The notes below the pieces were generated by a model that was not told the DNA's origin, ran no database searches, and saw only the letters and a program-made list of their open reading frames with translations. Positions 52,289 to 60,930 of a DNA stretch of 64,000 bases are shown here, in pieces (positions within the stretch are counted from its first letter, which is position 1; every line of letters starts with the position of its first letter). Source of the DNA: Christensenellales bacterium (GTDB lineage Bacteria; Bacillota; Clostridia; Christensenellales; Aristaeellaceae); assembly GCA_040768845.1 (NCBI GenBank), contig JAXGME010000004.1, positions 106,771 through 170,770 of the forward strand, in the 5' to 3' direction. The position numbers and the translations under genes are program-made.

Positions 52289-53800
52289 TTGCAGGACGTC
52301 GTTCTGGATATGTTGGGCATTTCGATCCAGTTTCCGGGCGTCAAGGCGCTGGACGGCGTGGACTTCTCGCTGAAAAGAGGCGAGGTGCACGCGCTGCTGG
52401 GCGAAAACGGCGCGGGAAAGTCCACGCTGATCAAGTGCCTGACCGGTGTCCATCACATGGATTCGGGCAGGATCGTGCTGGACGGCAAGGAGATCAAGCC
52501 GTCCTCGCCGCAGGCCGCCATTGACATGGGCATTTCCACCGTGTTCCAGGAGGTGAACCTGTGCCCCAACCTCACGGTGGCGGAAAACATCTTCATCGGC
52601 CGTCAGCCGATGAAGCGCGGTCAGATCGACTGGAAGTCGATCAACCGCCGCGCGGCCGAGCTGATGCGCGGCATGGGCATGGCCGTCGATGTGACGCTGC
52701 CGCTGTCCTACTACTCCATCGCCATCCAGCAGATGGTTTCCATCGCCCGCGCGGTGGACATCAAGGCCCGGGTGCTGATCCTGGACGAGCCCACCTCCTC
52801 GCTGGACGAGCACGAGGTGCAGCGGCTGTTCGCGGTCATGCGGGATCTCAAGGCCCAGGGCCTGGGGATCATCTTCATCACCCACTTCCTGGACCAGGTG
52901 TTTGAGATTTCCGACCGGATTACGGTGCTGCGCAACGGCCGTCTGGTCGGCAATTACGACGCCGCCAAGATCACCAAGCTGGACCTGGTCACCCAGATGA
53001 TCGGCAAGGACATGAACCAGATCTTCAACCTCAAGCGCGCGGAGCAGAAGCCGGGCGCGCCGGTCATGCTGGAGGCCGAGCACATCGGCGTTCCCGGCAA
53101 GGTGGAGGACATCTCCCTTTCGGTCAAGTCGGGCGAATTGGTGGGCTTTGCGGGGCTTCTGGGCTCCGGCCGCACGGAGACGGCGGAGATGCTCTTTGGC
53201 GTCACCCGTCCGGCGCGGGGGACGGTCAGGATGCGGGGCAAGGCGCTCACCCTCAAGTCGCCGCTGGACGCCATCAACCACCGGATGGCCTTCTGTCCGG
53301 AGGACCGGAAACGGGACGGCATCATCGGCGACCTTTCGGTCCGCGAGAACATCTACCTGGCGGTGCAGGCCAAGCGCGGCTTTTTGAAGCCCATGTCCCG
53401 GCAGGAGCAGCAGGCGCTGGCGGACAAGTACATCAAGCTTCTGTCCATCGCCACGCCGGACGCGGAGAAAAAAGTGGGCGAATTGTCCGGCGGCAACCAG
53501 CAGAAGGTGATTCTGGCGCGCTGGATGGCGACGGAACCGGACGTGCTGATCCTGGACGAGCCCACCCGGGGCATCGACGTGGGTGCGAAGGCGGAAATCC
53601 AACGGATGATGCTGGAGATGTGCGAAAAGGACATGGCCGTGATCTTCATCAGTTCCGAGCTGGACGAAATCATCCGCTGTTCCAACCGCATCATCGTCAT
53701 GCGGGACGGCGCGAAGGCCGGCGAGTTGGAGGGCGACAACTGCCAGCAGTCGGACATCCTGGCCATTATTGCCAATGAAACCGCGGAGGTGAGCGCATGA
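52289..53800 (+). CDS. sugar ABC transporter ATP-binding protein with duplicated NBDs (YtfR/RbsA-like)
   Basis: The start is TTG 52289, after GAGGGG. Walker A is GENGAGKST, the signature is LSGGNQQKV, and the second domain has a degenerate Walker A (GLLGSGRTE). Confidence 0.9.
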   Translation: MQDVVLDMLGISIQFPGVKALDGVDFSLKRGEVHALLGENGAGKSTLIKCLTGVHHMDSGRIVLDGKEIKPSSPQAAIDMGISTVFQEVNLCPNLTVAENIFIGRQPMKRGQIDWKSINRRAAELMRGMGMAVDVTLPLSYYSIAIQQMVSIARAVDIKARVLILDEPTSSLDEHEVQRLFAVMRDLKAQGLGIIFITHFLDQVFEISDRITVLRNGRLVGNYDAAKITKLDLVTQMIGKDMNQIFNLKRAEQKPGAPVMLEAEHIGVPGKVEDISLSVKSGELVGFAGLLGSGRTETAEMLFGVTRPARGTVRMRGKALTLKSPLDAINHRMAFCPEDRKRDGIIGDLSVRENIYLAVQAKRGFLKPMSRQEQQALADKYIKLLSIATPDAEKKVGELSGGNQQKVILARWMATEPDVLILDEPTRGIDVGAKAEIQRMMLEMCEKDMAVIFISSELDEIIRCSNRIIVMRDGAKAGELEGDNCQQSDILAIIANETAEVSA

Positions 53801-54870
53801 AGCGCAGGTTCGAATGGGAGGCCATCGTCCGTTCCAAGATCTTCTGGGCGGTCATCGCGGAGCTGGCCATCCTGCTGGTCAGCGTCATCCTCCGGCCGGA
53901 CTTTCTCAAGGTCGTCATCAATCCCACCACCGGCATGTTCTACGGCGTCCCGATCGACATCCTGAACCGCTCCGCGGAGATCACCATCATCGCCATGGGC
54001 ATGACGCTGGTCATCGCGCTGGGCGGTACGGACCTGTCCGTGGGCGCGCTGGTGGCGGTTTCGGGGGCCATGGCGCTGAAATTTCTGCGCTGGGATGTGC
54101 TGGAATACCCCACGCCCGGCGACTATACCGTGATGCCCTACTTTCTGGTCATCCTGGTGCCGCTGGCCGTGTGCACGCTGATGGGCGCGTTCAACGGGCT
54201 GCTCATTTCCAAACTGGGCATGCAGCCGATCATCGCCACGCTGATTTTGATGGTGGCGGGGCGCGGCATCGCCCAGATCACCACCAACGGCAAGCAGTTC
54301 ACCACCATGTACACGCCCTTTCAGCAGATCGCCCAGGGGTACTTTCTGAAGCTGCCCATGCCCATCATCATCACCGCGGTGGTGATCCTCGGTGTGGCCC
54401 TCTTTACGCGCAAGACGTCCTACGGCATGTTTGTGGAGTCCGTCGGCGTCAACCCCAACGCCAGCCGCGTATCCGGGCTTCAGTCCAGCCGGATCATCCT
54501 GATCGCCTTCATGATCACCGGCTTCCTCTCGGGCATTTCGGGGCTGATCTATTCCAGCCGCATCTCCTCCTGCGATTCCAACAACGCCGGCATCAACAAC
54601 GAGATGAACGCGATTCTGGCGGTGGTCATCGGCGGCACCAGCATGTCCGGCGGCAAGTTCAGCCTGACGGGCACGGTGATCGGCTCGCTCATCATCCAGA
54701 CGATCGTCACGCTGGTGTACTTCTTCGGCGTGGTGTCCGAGGCGATCATGGCCTTTGAGGCGATGATCATCGCAGTGGTCATCGTGCTCCAGTCCGAACC
54801 GGTGCGCAAGTTCTTTGCGTCCCGCAAACGCAGCTGCGCGTCGGCGACGGGAGGTGCTGTCCGTGCTTAA
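53797..54870 (+). CDS. CUT2 ABC transporter permease (YtfT-like)
   Basis: There is an ATGA start/stop overlap after GGAGG. The protein is multi-pass hydrophobic, with GGTDLSVGA typical of RbsC-type permeases. Confidence 0.88.
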   Translation: MKRRFEWEAIVRSKIFWAVIAELAILLVSVILRPDFLKVVINPTTGMFYGVPIDILNRSAEITIIAMGMTLVIALGGTDLSVGALVAVSGAMALKFLRWDVLEYPTPGDYTVMPYFLVILVPLAVCTLMGAFNGLLISKLGMQPIIATLILMVAGRGIAQITTNGKQFTTMYTPFQQIAQGYFLKLPMPIIITAVVILGVALFTRKTSYGMFVESVGVNPNASRVSGLQSSRIILIAFMITGFLSGISGLIYSSRISSCDSNNAGINNEMNAILAVVIGGTSMSGGKFSLTGTVIGSLIIQTIVTLVYFFGVVSEAIMAFEAMIIAVVIVLQSEPVRKFFASRKRSCASATGGAVRA

Positions 54871-55912
54871 GGCGGAACCCAGGCGCCAGAGCGCGCTGAC
54901 GAGAATCTTCAACCCCAAGTACATCATGGTGTACGCAACGCTGGGCGTATTTCTGGTCATCTACCTCTTTGGCGCGCTGATGTACGGCGACAAGGGCTTT
55001 ACCACCCTCCGGACGCTGACCCTGATGTTCTCCGACAACGCCTATGTGGGCGTTTCGGCGGTGGGCATGACGATGGTGCTGATCACCGGCGGCATCGACC
55101 TTTCCGTGGCCGCGGTGGCGTCGCTGACGGGCATGTTCGTTGCCTACGGCGTCACGGTGCTGGGGCTGGACCCCTGGGTGTGCGTGCTGTTTTCGCTGGC
55201 GGTGGGCACGGCGCTGGGCCTTGTGATGGGCGCGGCGATCCACTACCTGAACGTGCCCCCCTTCATCACCACGCTGACGGGCATGTTTATGGCCCGGGGC
55301 GTGTGCGCGCTGATCAGCCGCGAGTCCATCTCCATTGACAACCCCACCATCGATTATCTGGCGGGGCTCAAGTGGTACATCATGCGCCTGCAGGACGGCG
55401 AATGGGTCAAGCTGAAGCCCGTGGCCTACATTAACCTCAGCGTGCTGATCTTCATCGCGATGATCATCATCGGCACCATCATCCTGCAGAAGACGCGCAT
55501 CGGCCGCAACATCTACGCCATCGGCGGCAACGAGCAGTCCGCCAAGCTGATGGGTCTGCCGGTGGGCAAGACCAAGATCTTCGTCTACGCCTTCAACGGA
55601 TTCTGTTCGGCTCTGGCGGGCGTGGTCTATGTGCTCTACGTCAAATCCGGGTGGAACCTGGCGCTCCAGGGCGGCGAGCTGGATGTGATCAGCGCAGCGG
55701 TCATCGGCGGCGTCATGCTGACGGGCGGCGTGGGCTACATGGTCGGCACGATGTTCGGCGTGATGCTCAAGGCCACGATTCCCGCATTGATTACCTTCGC
55801 GGGCAACCTGTCCTCCTGGTGGGGCAAGATCGCCACCGGCGTGCTGCTTTTGATCTTCATCGTCATCCAGCGCGTCGTGGTCACGTATACCTCCCGGAAG
55901 AAGGCAGCCTGA
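54863..55912 (+). CDS. CUT2 ABC transporter permease (YjfF-like)
   Basis: GTG 54863 follows GGAGG and overlaps the upstream stop by 8 nt. The GGIDLSVAA motif is present, and the protein is multi-pass hydrophobic. Confidence 0.85.
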   Translation: MLKAEPRRQSALTRIFNPKYIMVYATLGVFLVIYLFGALMYGDKGFTTLRTLTLMFSDNAYVGVSAVGMTMVLITGGIDLSVAAVASLTGMFVAYGVTVLGLDPWVCVLFSLAVGTALGLVMGAAIHYLNVPPFITTLTGMFMARGVCALISRESISIDNPTIDYLAGLKWYIMRLQDGEWVKLKPVAYINLSVLIFIAMIIIGTIILQKTRIGRNIYAIGGNEQSAKLMGLPVGKTKIFVYAFNGFCSALAGVVYVLYVKSGWNLALQGGELDVISAAVIGGVMLTGGVGYMVGTMFGVMLKATIPALITFAGNLSSWWGKIATGVLLLIFIVIQRVVVTYTSRKKAA

Positions 55913-55946
55913 CGCGCGCGCCGTTTGTCTGCCTGTAAAAAATGAA

Positions 55947-55980
55947 CGCCGGGCCCGCCGGGAGGGCCCGGCGCTTGTTG
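55947..55980 (+). terminator. stem-loop terminator after the ABC operon
   Basis: CGCCGGGCCC-(7 nt)-GGGCCCGGCG is followed by CTTGTTGG. Confidence 0.55.
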
Positions 55981-55994
55981 GCGGAGCGGGTTTA

Positions 55995-56003
55995 TGCTAC
56001 AAT
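55995..56003 (+). promoter_or_regulatory. extended -10 element TGcTACAAT upstream of the KdpD-like kinase gene
   Basis: There is an exact TGnTAnAAT match 10 nt before ATG 56014. This would imply a near-leaderless message, or use of the internal ATG 56047. Confidence 0.35.
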
Positions 56004-56013
56004 AATCCGGGTG

Positions 56014-57081
56014 ATGCGCGTGAACGGGTATACGCCGCGCCGGGCGATGTCCGACGCGCTGATTTTTCTTCTGACGATGGTCGGCGCGGCGGCGGCCTGC
56101 GCCCCGCTGCGCCTGGTCCGGGACGGCGGCGTATACATGCCGATGATCTTCCTGGCCGCGGTGCTGGTGGTCGCGCGCTTTACCACGGGCTACGCCTACA
56201 GCGTGGCGGCGTCGGTGGCCAGCATCCTGTGGATCAGCTACAACTTCCGTCAGCCTTTTTTTGAATTTGATTTTCTGTACGGCGATCTTCTGATGTTCGC
56301 GTGCATGCTGGCGGTGGCGCTTCTGACCAGCCGCATGACCCAGCAGATCCGCGAACAGGAGGGCGCCTACGCGGAGGCGGAGCGCGAGCGCGTGCGGGGC
56401 AACCTGCTGCGCGCGGTGTCCCACGACCTGAGGACGCCCCTCACCTCCATTCTGGGAGCCAGCTCCGCCATTTTGGACAGCGGCGACGCCCTCCCGCCGG
56501 AGCGGCGGCGCGAGTTGGTACGGGGCATCAGCGAGGATGCGGAATGGCTGATCCGCATGGTGGAAAACCTGCTGCTCATCACCAAGGTGGAGGGCGCGGC
56601 GCAGATCGTCAAGCGGTGTGAAGCCGTGGAGGAAGTGGTGGCGGAGGCGGTGCAGAAATTCCTCAAGCACTATCCGGACCGCGAGATCGAGGTCAGCGCG
56701 CCGGAGGAACTGCTGATGGCGCCGATGGACGCGCTGCTCATCGAGCAGGTGCTGTTCAACCTTTTGGAAAACGCGGCGCTGCACGGGAAGGCCGGCCACA
56801 TCTCGCTGAAGGTTTTAAAATCCGGCCCGGAAGCGGTGCTGGAGGTGCGGGACGACGGCTGCGGCATCCAGAAGTCGGACGCGCAGCACCTCTTTGACGG
56901 CTACATGGGGCGCGTGGAGCGCGCCTCCAGTGACAACAGCCGGAACATGGGCATTGGCCTGTCCGTGTGCCTTTCGATCATACAGGCCCACGGCGGCGTC
57001 ATGGAGGCGCGGAACGTGCGCCCGCGCGGCGCGCTGTTTCGCTTCACCCTTCCGCTAGAGGAGGCCGGCGATGGACAATAA
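56014..57081 (+). CDS. short KdpD-like sensor histidine kinase (DUF4118 membrane domain, HisKA, HATPase; no N-terminal KdpD/Usp domains)
   Basis: The ORF is 55942-57081. Starts before 55980 would lie inside the upstream terminator, so 56014 is chosen (56047 is the alternative). The H-box is LLRAVSHDLRTPLTSILG. The ATPase part is FNLLENAALHG...NMGIGLSVC. Confidence 0.8.
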   Translation: MRVNGYTPRRAMSDALIFLLTMVGAAAACAPLRLVRDGGVYMPMIFLAAVLVVARFTTGYAYSVAASVASILWISYNFRQPFFEFDFLYGDLLMFACMLAVALLTSRMTQQIREQEGAYAEAERERVRGNLLRAVSHDLRTPLTSILGASSAILDSGDALPPERRRELVRGISEDAEWLIRMVENLLLITKVEGAAQIVKRCEAVEEVVAEAVQKFLKHYPDREIEVSAPEELLMAPMDALLIEQVLFNLLENAALHGKAGHISLKVLKSGPEAVLEVRDDGCGIQKSDAQHLFDGYMGRVERASSDNSRNMGIGLSVCLSIIQAHGGVMEARNVRPRGALFRFTLPLEEAGDGQ

Positions 57082-57760
57082 ACCGTGTGTACTGATCGTC
57101 GAAGACGAGCACAACATTCTGGGCTTCATGCGCACGGTGCTGCAGGCCAACGGCTTTCGTGTGATCGAAGCCATGGACGGGGCACAGGCGCTGGCCATGC
57201 TGCCCTCCCACCTGCCGGACCTGATGATCCTGGACCTGGGCCTTCCGGATATGGACGGCATGGCGGTGATCAAGTCCGCGCGCCAGTGGTCGAAGATCCC
57301 CATTCTGGTGGTGTCCGCGCGGGATCAGGAGCTGGATAAGGTGCGGGCGTTGGACCTGGGCGCGGACGACTACGTGACCAAGCCCTTCGGCACATCGGAA
57401 CTGCTGGCCCGCATCCGCACGGAGCTCCGGCATGCGCAAGGCGCGTCGGCGCCGGGGGAGGTCTTTCGCTGCGGCGGTCTGACGGTGGATTTTTTCCGGC
57501 GGCGCGTGTTTGTGGACGGACGGGAGGCCCACCTGACGCAGAACGAGTTTCGCATCGTGACGGCGCTGGCGAAAAACGCGGGCCGAGTGCTGACCTATGA
57601 CGCGCTGATCGCCGAAGTCTGGGGCCCCAACGCGCTGGGGGACAACCAGATCCTGCGCGTCAACATGGCCAACATCCGCAGAAAGCTGGAAAAAAACCCC
57701 GCCGTTCCCCGGTACATCGTCACCGAAATCGGCGTGGGCTACCGGATGAACGAGTGCTGA
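57071..57760 (+). CDS. OmpR-family response regulator (KdpE-like)
   Basis: It overlaps the kinase gene by 11 nt. The receiver is VLIVEDEHNI...DLMILDLGLPDMDG...ILVVSAR. The winged-helix C-terminus is LTQNEFRIVTALAKNAGRVLTYDALI...VGYRM. Confidence 0.9.
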   Translation: MDNKPCVLIVEDEHNILGFMRTVLQANGFRVIEAMDGAQALAMLPSHLPDLMILDLGLPDMDGMAVIKSARQWSKIPILVVSARDQELDKVRALDLGADDYVTKPFGTSELLARIRTELRHAQGASAPGEVFRCGGLTVDFFRRRVFVDGREAHLTQNEFRIVTALAKNAGRVLTYDALIAEVWGPNALGDNQILRVNMANIRRKLEKNPAVPRYIVTEIGVGYRMNEC

Positions 57761-57823
57761 ACGGCGCAAAAGCCGGGAGCGCCGAATCTTGTCATCTTCT
57801 TTATGGCGGATTGGCGTCAAATA

Positions 57824-57832
57824 TGATATAAT
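57824..57832 (+). promoter_or_regulatory. extended -10 element TGaTATAAT upstream of secD
   Basis: There is an exact TGnTATAAT match at 57824-57832, about 80 nt before the secD start. Confidence 0.5.
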
Positions 57833-57912
57833 CGTTTTCGTGTGATCGGAAGGGCGGAGGTTCCGAGCATGACGCAAATTGCCCGGCGCGCCGGGCATGT
57901 GGAGGTATGGGG

Positions 57913-59193
57913 ATGAAAGTCAACAAGGCTACGTTCTTTATCGTGCTGGGCTTGACGCTGGTGGTCGCGTGTGTCGCGCTCTTCGGCGTGCACTTCCAGG
58001 TGGACAAGTACAAATTTGACCTGCCCGGCGTGGGCGACATGCGCTTTGGCATCGACATCCGCGGCGGCGTCGACGCGGTGTACGAGCCGGTCGGGCTGGA
58101 CCGCGTGCCCACCGCCGACGAGCTGGAGAGCGCCCGCGCGGTCATCGAAACCCGCCTGGACCAGAAGAACATCCTGGACCGCGATGTGACGGTGGACCGC
58201 ACCAACGGCGACATCATCGTGCGCTTCCCCTGGAAGTCGGACGAAACGGACTTCGATCCCCAGAAGGCGATTTCCGAGCTGGGCGAAACCGCCAAGCTGA
58301 CCTTCCGGGACACCGAGGGCAACGTGGTGGTGGACGGCTCCCACGTGACCCGCTCCGTGGTGGCGCAGGACTCGGACACCGGCGGCTACGAGGTATCGCT
58401 GAACTTTGACGATGAGGGCAAGAAGCTCTTTGCCGAAGCCACCGCCAAGATGATCGGCAAACCCATTTCCATCTACATGGACGAGACGCTGATCACCGCG
58501 CCCACGGTGCAGACGGCCATCCCCAACGGTGAGGCCCGCATCACCGGCACCGGTACGCTGGCGGAAACCTCCGCGCTGGCGCAGAAGATCGCGGCCGGCG
58601 CGCTGCCCTTCTCCATGGAGGCGCGCAACTACTCCACCATCAGCCCGACCTTGGGCGCCGGCGCCCTCAACATCATGGTGATGGCGGGCTCGATCGCCTT
58701 TGCGATCATCTGCATCCTGCTGATCCTCTACTACAAGCTGTCCGGCGTGGTGGCGAGCATCGCGCTTTTGATCCAGGTCAGCGGTCAGCTGTTGGCGCTT
58801 TCGATCCCGCAGATCACGCTGACGCTGCCCGGCATCGCGGGCGTGATCCTGTCCATCGGCATGGGCGTCGACGCCAACATCATCATCGGCGAGCGCATCT
58901 CCGAGGAGATCAAGGCCGGGCGGAAGACCCAGGCCGCCATCTCGGCGGGCTTCAAAAATGCCTTCTCCTCGGTGTTTGACGGCAACATCACCGTCATGAT
59001 CGTGGCGATCATCCTGATGGTGCTGGGCTCCGGCGCCATGCTGTCCTTCGCCTATTCGCTGCTCACCGGCGTGCTGCTCAACTTCCTGGCGGGCGTCACC
59101 GCGTCCCGCCTGATGATGCGCTCCCTCAGCCTCTATCCGAAGCTGTCGAAGGAGTCGCTGTATACCTGCCTGACGAGGAGGGTTACGCTGTGA
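57913..59193 (+). CDS. secD: protein translocase subunit SecD
   Basis: ATG 57913 lies 7 nt after GGAGG. The layout is an N-terminal TM, a large extracytoplasmic loop (GIDIRGGVD...) and a C-terminal 5-TM bundle (LTLPGIAGVILSIGMGVDANIII). Confidence 0.9.
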   Translation: MKVNKATFFIVLGLTLVVACVALFGVHFQVDKYKFDLPGVGDMRFGIDIRGGVDAVYEPVGLDRVPTADELESARAVIETRLDQKNILDRDVTVDRTNGDIIVRFPWKSDETDFDPQKAISELGETAKLTFRDTEGNVVVDGSHVTRSVVAQDSDTGGYEVSLNFDDEGKKLFAEATAKMIGKPISIYMDETLITAPTVQTAIPNGEARITGTGTLAETSALAQKIAAGALPFSMEARNYSTISPTLGAGALNIMVMAGSIAFAIICILLILYYKLSGVVASIALLIQVSGQLLALSIPQITLTLPGIAGVILSIGMGVDANIIIGERISEEIKAGRKTQAAISAGFKNAFSSVFDGNITVMIVAIILMVLGSGAMLSFAYSLLTGVLLNFLAGVTASRLMMRSLSLYPKLSKESLYTCLTRRVTL

Positions 59194-60152
59194 AAAAGTA
59201 CTTCACCTTCTACGCCCATCGCAAGATCTTCTTCATGATCTCCATCGCGATCATGGTCATCGGCCTCATCGGCGTCATGGTCCGCGGCGTGCAGCTGGAC
59301 ATCCAGTTCACCGGCGGCGCGATTTTGAAGTACAGCTATCAGGGGGAGCTTAACGCCGAGGAGGTGGCCGACGAGGCTTCCCGGCTTCTGGGCCGCCTGA
59401 CCACCGCCCAGATCACCAACGACCTCAATACCGGCGAAAACCGCGTGGTGCTGAACCTGGCGGGCGAGTACGGCATGTCCTCCGAGGAGCAGGCGGACTT
59501 CCTGGCCAAGCTCAACGAAAAGTTCCCGACGGCCCAGTTCGTATCCGCCGAATCCTCGCTGGTGCAGCCCTTCTTCGGACACCGGTTCCTTGAGCGCAGC
59601 ATCTTTGCGGTACTGCTGGCACTGGCGCTGATTCTGGTGTACGAGTGGATCACCTTCCGCAAGATCGGCGGCCTTCTGGCGGGCCTGGCCGCGCTGGTGG
59701 CGCTGTTCCACGATTTGCTGGTGGTGTTCTTCACCTGCGTCATCGCGGGCATCCCGATCGGCGATTCCTTCGTCGCGGTGGCGCTGTCGATCATCGGCTA
59801 CTCCATCAACGACACGATCGTCGTCTTTGACCGGATCCGCGAGAACCGCAGGATTCACCCCAAGGAGTCGCTGGAGACCATCGCGGACCTGTCCGTGAGC
59901 CAGTCGATGACCCGGTCGATCAATACCAACATCGCGGTCACCATTTCGGTGGCGCTGATCTACTTCCTTGCAATGCGCTCCAGCCTGGATTCCGTCGTCA
60001 GCTTCGCGCTGCCGATGACCATCGGCTCCATCAGCGGCTGCTACTCGACGCTGTGCCTGTGCGGCCCGCTGTGGGTGATGTGGCAGAAGCGCCGCGAAAA
60101 GAAGGGCCCCGAGCCCGCGAAGGACGCCGGCACCGCCAACGCCAAGGCGTAG
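59190..60152 (+). CDS. secF: protein translocase subunit SecF
   Basis: There is a GTGA start/stop overlap with secD. LDIQFTGGAIL...IGYSINDTIVVFDRIREN is characteristic of SecF. Confidence 0.9.
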   Translation: MKKYFTFYAHRKIFFMISIAIMVIGLIGVMVRGVQLDIQFTGGAILKYSYQGELNAEEVADEASRLLGRLTTAQITNDLNTGENRVVLNLAGEYGMSSEEQADFLAKLNEKFPTAQFVSAESSLVQPFFGHRFLERSIFAVLLALALILVYEWITFRKIGGLLAGLAALVALFHDLLVVFFTCVIAGIPIGDSFVAVALSIIGYSINDTIVVFDRIRENRRIHPKESLETIADLSVSQSMTRSINTNIAVTISVALIYFLAMRSSLDSVVSFALPMTIGSISGCYSTLCLCGPLWVMWQKRREKKGPEPAKDAGTANAKA

Positions 60153-60171
60153 GGGAGGCCCGCGCATATGA

Positions 60172-60203
60172 GTTTGAAGCCCGCCAAATGGCGGGCTTCA
60201 AAC
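60172..60203. terminator. bidirectional intrinsic terminator between secF and the convergent small gene
   Basis: A perfect 14-bp stem, GTTTGAAGCCCGCC-AAAT-GGCGGGCTTCAAAC, lies between the two genes. Confidence 0.8.
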
Positions 60204-60232
60204 ATTGGAAAAACCCCGGATACGCCCGCGCG

Positions 60233-60709
60233 TCAGGTGATCTTGATCGCGGAAATCTTCCCGCCGGAGGCCTTGACCTGGAGCTTGCGGCTTCCCGATT
60301 TGTAGGTGTAGACCCGTCCGCTCTTTTTGAACTTCTTGCCGTACATTCCGGTCATCTTCGAGTAGCCGTGTCCCACCTTGAGTCCGCCGGCGGTGGGGAC
60401 GGATTTGCCCACGATCAGGATGGATACGATTTTTTCCTTGCGCAGCTTGGAGCTGTACAGCGTCGTCACCCGAACGCCCTTCTTTTTGAAGGTATAGGTA
60501 TATGAAGCGAGGGTGCCGTTCGTTTCGTTGAGTTTTCTGGAATAGGTGCCCAGCTTTGACTTCCACTTGGTGGAGGTCTGACCCACGCGGTAATTGACGC
60601 CTCCGATCTTCATGCCCGCCCGGGCCGCCGAAAAGGACGCCGCCCCGGCCGGAAGGCTCATGGCCAGGCACGCTGAGATCAAAAGCCATACCATCATCTT
60701 GCGTTTCAT
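60233..60709 (-). CDS. small secreted Lys-rich hypothetical protein
   Basis: ATG 60709 follows GAGGGAGGG. The signal peptide is MKRKMMVWLLISACLAMSLPAGAAS. GC is visibly lower than in the neighbours. I recognise no family. Confidence 0.7.
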   Translation of the reverse strand: MKRKMMVWLLISACLAMSLPAGAASFSAARAGMKIGGVNYRVGQTSTKWKSKLGTYSRKLNETNGTLASYTYTFKKKGVRVTTLYSSKLRKEKIVSILIVGKSVPTAGGLKVGHGYSKMTGMYGKKFKKSGRVYTYKSGSRKLQVKASGGKISAIKIT

Positions 60710-60736
60710 ATCGATCCCTCCCTCATCTGTCCCTTC

Positions 60737-60765
60737 ATGATATCCGGGTTCTTCCAGATTGTCAA
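60737..60765 (-). promoter_or_regulatory. promoter of the small secreted-protein gene (-35 TTGACA, 17-bp spacer, -10 TATCAT)
   Basis: On the minus strand, TTGACA is at 60765-60760 and TATCAT at 60742-60737. Confidence 0.5.
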
Positions 60766-60930
60766 GCCCATTGCGCGCACGCCGCCTTGATGGAAAATCA
60801 ACGAACGATCCATAAAAAGGAAAAATATCACCAAATTATGAAAATATTATACTGGAATATGGGCTAAAATATGATAATATATAAAAGAGGCGGGCTCCGC
60901 GTGCCCGCCAAAAGCAAGGAGGGTGAGCCT

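Noticed and set aside
57881-57896. The 16-bp perfect GC palindrome GCCCGGCGCGCCGGGC in the secD leader, considered as a regulatory site.
   Set aside because: A GC-only palindrome in a GC-rich genome is most simply a 5'-UTR hairpin. There is no supporting context.
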